From contig NC_006576.1 in assembly GCF_000010065.1 (NCBI RefSeq), positions 930,001-962,000 on the forward strand: a stretch of DNA of 32,000 bases. Direction: 5' to 3'. The translations under genes were made by a program, and so were the position numbers. Each line of letters opens with the position of its first letter. The stretch's first letter is position 1. The notes beneath the pieces are model-generated. The model did not search any database, was not told the DNA's origin, and was given only the letters and a program-made list of their open reading frames with translations. This stretch comes from Synechococcus elongatus PCC 6301 (GTDB lineage: Bacteria > Cyanobacteriota > Cyanobacteriia > Synechococcales > Synechococcaceae). This document shows positions 30,000-32,000 of this stretch, piece after piece.

Positions 30000-31894
30000 G
30001 CATGCTCAGACAAGGTGGGATGCTCAGGAGCCCTAGCGCCTGGGACGGGGAGCCTGTTTGGGGCGATCGCCCAACCCTCGACAGCATAGAGGGCGACTTC
30101 GCCATACCCCCGAATTGCAGAGCGCCCCAGCGATCGCGTTTGCAGGCGATCGCCGAGCACCTGCAGCAGGGCTTGACTGATCACAATCGGGGCTTGGAGT
30201 TCCTTGGTCATACTTTCCAAGCGACTGGCCAAGTTGACCGTATCGCCCATCACTGTGAATTCCAGCCGCTGTGGCGAGCCAATGTTTCCTGCAAGGACCG
30301 GCCCACAGTGCATGCCGATGCCGTTATCGAGGGTAGGTCGTCCTTCCGCTTGCCAGCGTTGGTTGAGCTCATGAAGTGCCTGGCGCATCGCCAAAGCAGC
30401 GTCAATTGCAGCGGTAGCATCAGCCGCTTCGCCTTGCGAGAGCGGCGAGCCAAACACCGCCATAACGGCATCACCGATGAATTTATCGATCGTGCCGCCG
30501 ACTTGGGTAATGGCGGCCACCATGGCGGTCAGATATTCGTTGAGTTGGTTGATCAGCGCTTCTTCATCGCCCAAGCTGGCACGATCGCGGGTCAAGGCAG
30601 TAAAGCCGCGCAGATCACAGAACAGGACGGTGACAACTCTCCGCTGGCCTCGCAGCAACTGCTGAGCTTCGAGGGGGCTCTGGAGAATTTCTGCTACCAC
30701 CGCTGGCGCAACATAGCGCTCAAAGGTTTGACGGAGGCGACGACGCTCGACCCCTTCTCGGAGATAGGCCGCCGCACCCGTGCTGACCCCAATCGTCAAA
30801 CTCCCTACCAGCGGCAACAACAGGGGTAAGGCCCAACCCACCAGTAAGCTGACCCAAGCGACGCCTAGCCAGAGCAGAGCACCGCCGATCGACGGGGCAA
30901 TCTGCCAGCGCAGCGATCGCCCTCGTTGGGACAACAGCACGATTGCAATCAGAAACAAACTAATTAGTAAGGCTCGGAGGGAAGCAGATTGGGGCCAGAA
31001 CCGCAGCCCGGAGCGATCGCGATCGTTAGCGAGGGCGGTGGCTAAAATTTCGACTCCGGCCTGAACACCCCAAGGGGTCGCATGCTGATCCTGCAAGGAG
31101 GCAGCAGTGGGGCCAATCAAAATGAGGCGATCGCGCACTCGGCCTTGAATCCGCTGCCACTCAGCATCATCCAAAACTTGCCAGGCTGAAATCTGCGGTA
31201 GGTGCCCGCGTGGGCCGTAGTAGCGCAGAGCACGGGCCGGCGATTGCTGCGTCTGTAAAGTCTCAGGCAAACTGGGCAAGAGCGGCAGCCCGAGAGGTTC
31301 AACGACCGTTTCGCGGTAGCGAGCAGGGTGATCGAGGATTTGGCCGTTATCCGCGGGTAGCGTATTGATGTAGCCGACTCGCAGATTGGGACCGAGGGTT
31401 TCAGTCAAGGAGCCTAGGCTCAATCCGCCCCCACTGCCATCCGGCTCGCGATACTCCGTCGCCAAGCTGATGCGATCGCCGTAGCGCTGTAGCCGCTGGG
31501 CCAGAGCCGCATCATCAGCAGGCCCAAAGGCGCTAGGCGTCACAAACAGGAGGTCGATCGCGATCGCCCGAGCACCGGCAGCAAACAGGCGATCGATGAT
31601 TTGGGCATAGATTGCTCGCGGCCACGGGAAGCCCTCTAAGTCTTGCGCCCAGGCCGGAGCACGGGGATCATCCCGAAAGAAGGCCGCTTGATCAAAGCTG
31701 GCATCGTCGATTTTGACGATCAGCAAATCATTGGGCGCTGGGCGTGTGCCCTGCAGCAGTAACAACTGCTGTTGCAACGCTCGGTCGGTCCGCTGCAACG
31801 TGCGGGGCATCCAAGCGGTCAAACCACCCAACAGCAGGCTGGCCGTGATCAATAAGCGCCAGCACCAACGATCGATCGGGTTGGACTGCATCAT
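29996..31894 (-). CDS. CHASE2-domain class III adenylate cyclase
   Basis: N-terminal CHASE2-like region (LLIVKIDDASFDQ...FPWPRAIYAQIIDRL..ARAIAIDLLF), 3 TMs, catalytic VTVLFCDLRGFTALT, IDKFIGDAVMAVFGSP, FTVMGDTVNLASRLE. Confidence 0.94.
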   Translation of the reverse strand: MMQSNPIDRWCWRLLITASLLLGGLTAWMPRTLQRTDRALQQQLLLLQGTRPAPNDLLIVKIDDASFDQAAFFRDDPRAPAWAQDLEGFPWPRAIYAQIIDRLFAAGARAIAIDLLFVTPSAFGPADDAALAQRLQRYGDRISLATEYREPDGSGGGLSLGSLTETLGPNLRVGYINTLPADNGQILDHPARYRETVVEPLGLPLLPSLPETLQTQQSPARALRYYGPRGHLPQISAWQVLDDAEWQRIQGRVRDRLILIGPTAASLQDQHATPWGVQAGVEILATALANDRDRSGLRFWPQSASLRALLISLFLIAIVLLSQRGRSLRWQIAPSIGGALLWLGVAWVSLLVGWALPLLLPLVGSLTIGVSTGAAAYLREGVERRRLRQTFERYVAPAVVAEILQSPLEAQQLLRGQRRVVTVLFCDLRGFTALTRDRASLGDEEALINQLNEYLTAMVAAITQVGGTIDKFIGDAVMAVFGSPLSQGEAADATAAIDAALAMRQALHELNQRWQAEGRPTLDNGIGMHCGPVLAGNIGSPQRLEFTVMGDTVNLASRLESMTKELQAPIVISQALLQVLGDRLQTRSLGRSAIRGYGEVALYAVEGWAIAPNRLPVPGARAPEHPTLSEHA

Positions 31895-31915
31895 CCGTTC
31901 TCAGCGCGCGACTGC

Positions 31916-32000
31916 TCAGCCCAACAGGGCCACAAGCGTCAAGTCCAATGTCAGTGGCAGCGTAACACCTTCGCGCGATCGCCCTTCAAGCCCAATTGAA
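31916..32000 (-). CDS. 3' end of a gene running off the window (uncertain)
   Basis: Open frame to the window edge ending SIGLEGRSREGVTLPLTLDLTLVALLG*; stop at 31916-31918, 21 nt upstream of the cyclase start. Confidence 0.35.
   Translation of the reverse strand, partial: SIGLEGRSREGVTLPLTLDLTLVALLG

Noticed and set aside
29789-30829. 346-aa plus-strand ORF
   Set aside because: Antisense to the cyclase catalytic domain and the channel 5' end; low-complexity composition and no motifs. The overlapped minus-strand proteins have intact catalytic motifs.

Overview
This 32 kb window is an ordinary-looking core segment of a cyanobacterial chromosome. Gene content and very frequent HIP1 octamers (GCGATCGC) strongly suggest Synechococcus elongatus (PCC 7942/6301 type); that attribution rests on recall plus inference, as no database was consulted. 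Recognisable genes run psbB-psbT, nrdR, rps1, a HAD-like hydrolase, DUF1400, clpS-CPBP protease, an ArsR regulator, a DUF3352-like protein, cofH, fabG-groEL2, a TrkA-N ion channel, GT9, ispD, a fatty-acid hydroxylase, a Gly-rich RRM protein, tRNA-Val(UAC), an RNase D-like exonuclease, a PadR protein I recognise as the clock modifier Pex, an LpxB-related protein, a CCB-like protein, hemF, a group 2 sigma factor-mutY pair, pyrB-mpg, a DnaJ-domain protein, a creatininase family protein, and an MscS/cNMP channel-CHASE2 cyclase pair. I found no mobile element, CRISPR array, phage or defence island. The best leads are: (1) a tightly overlapping gene pair for a class III cyclase and an MscS-like channel with a cyclic-nucleotide-binding domain; (2) a 9-bp perfect inverted repeat in the rbp 5' leader whose 3' arm contains the Shine-Dalgarno; (3) a 40-aa single-TM ORF at 26443-26565 missing from the supplied track; (4) an ArsR-type regulator with an arsenite-site-like ELCVCDLC motif but no ars genes nearby; and (5) several stem-loops in intergenic regions.
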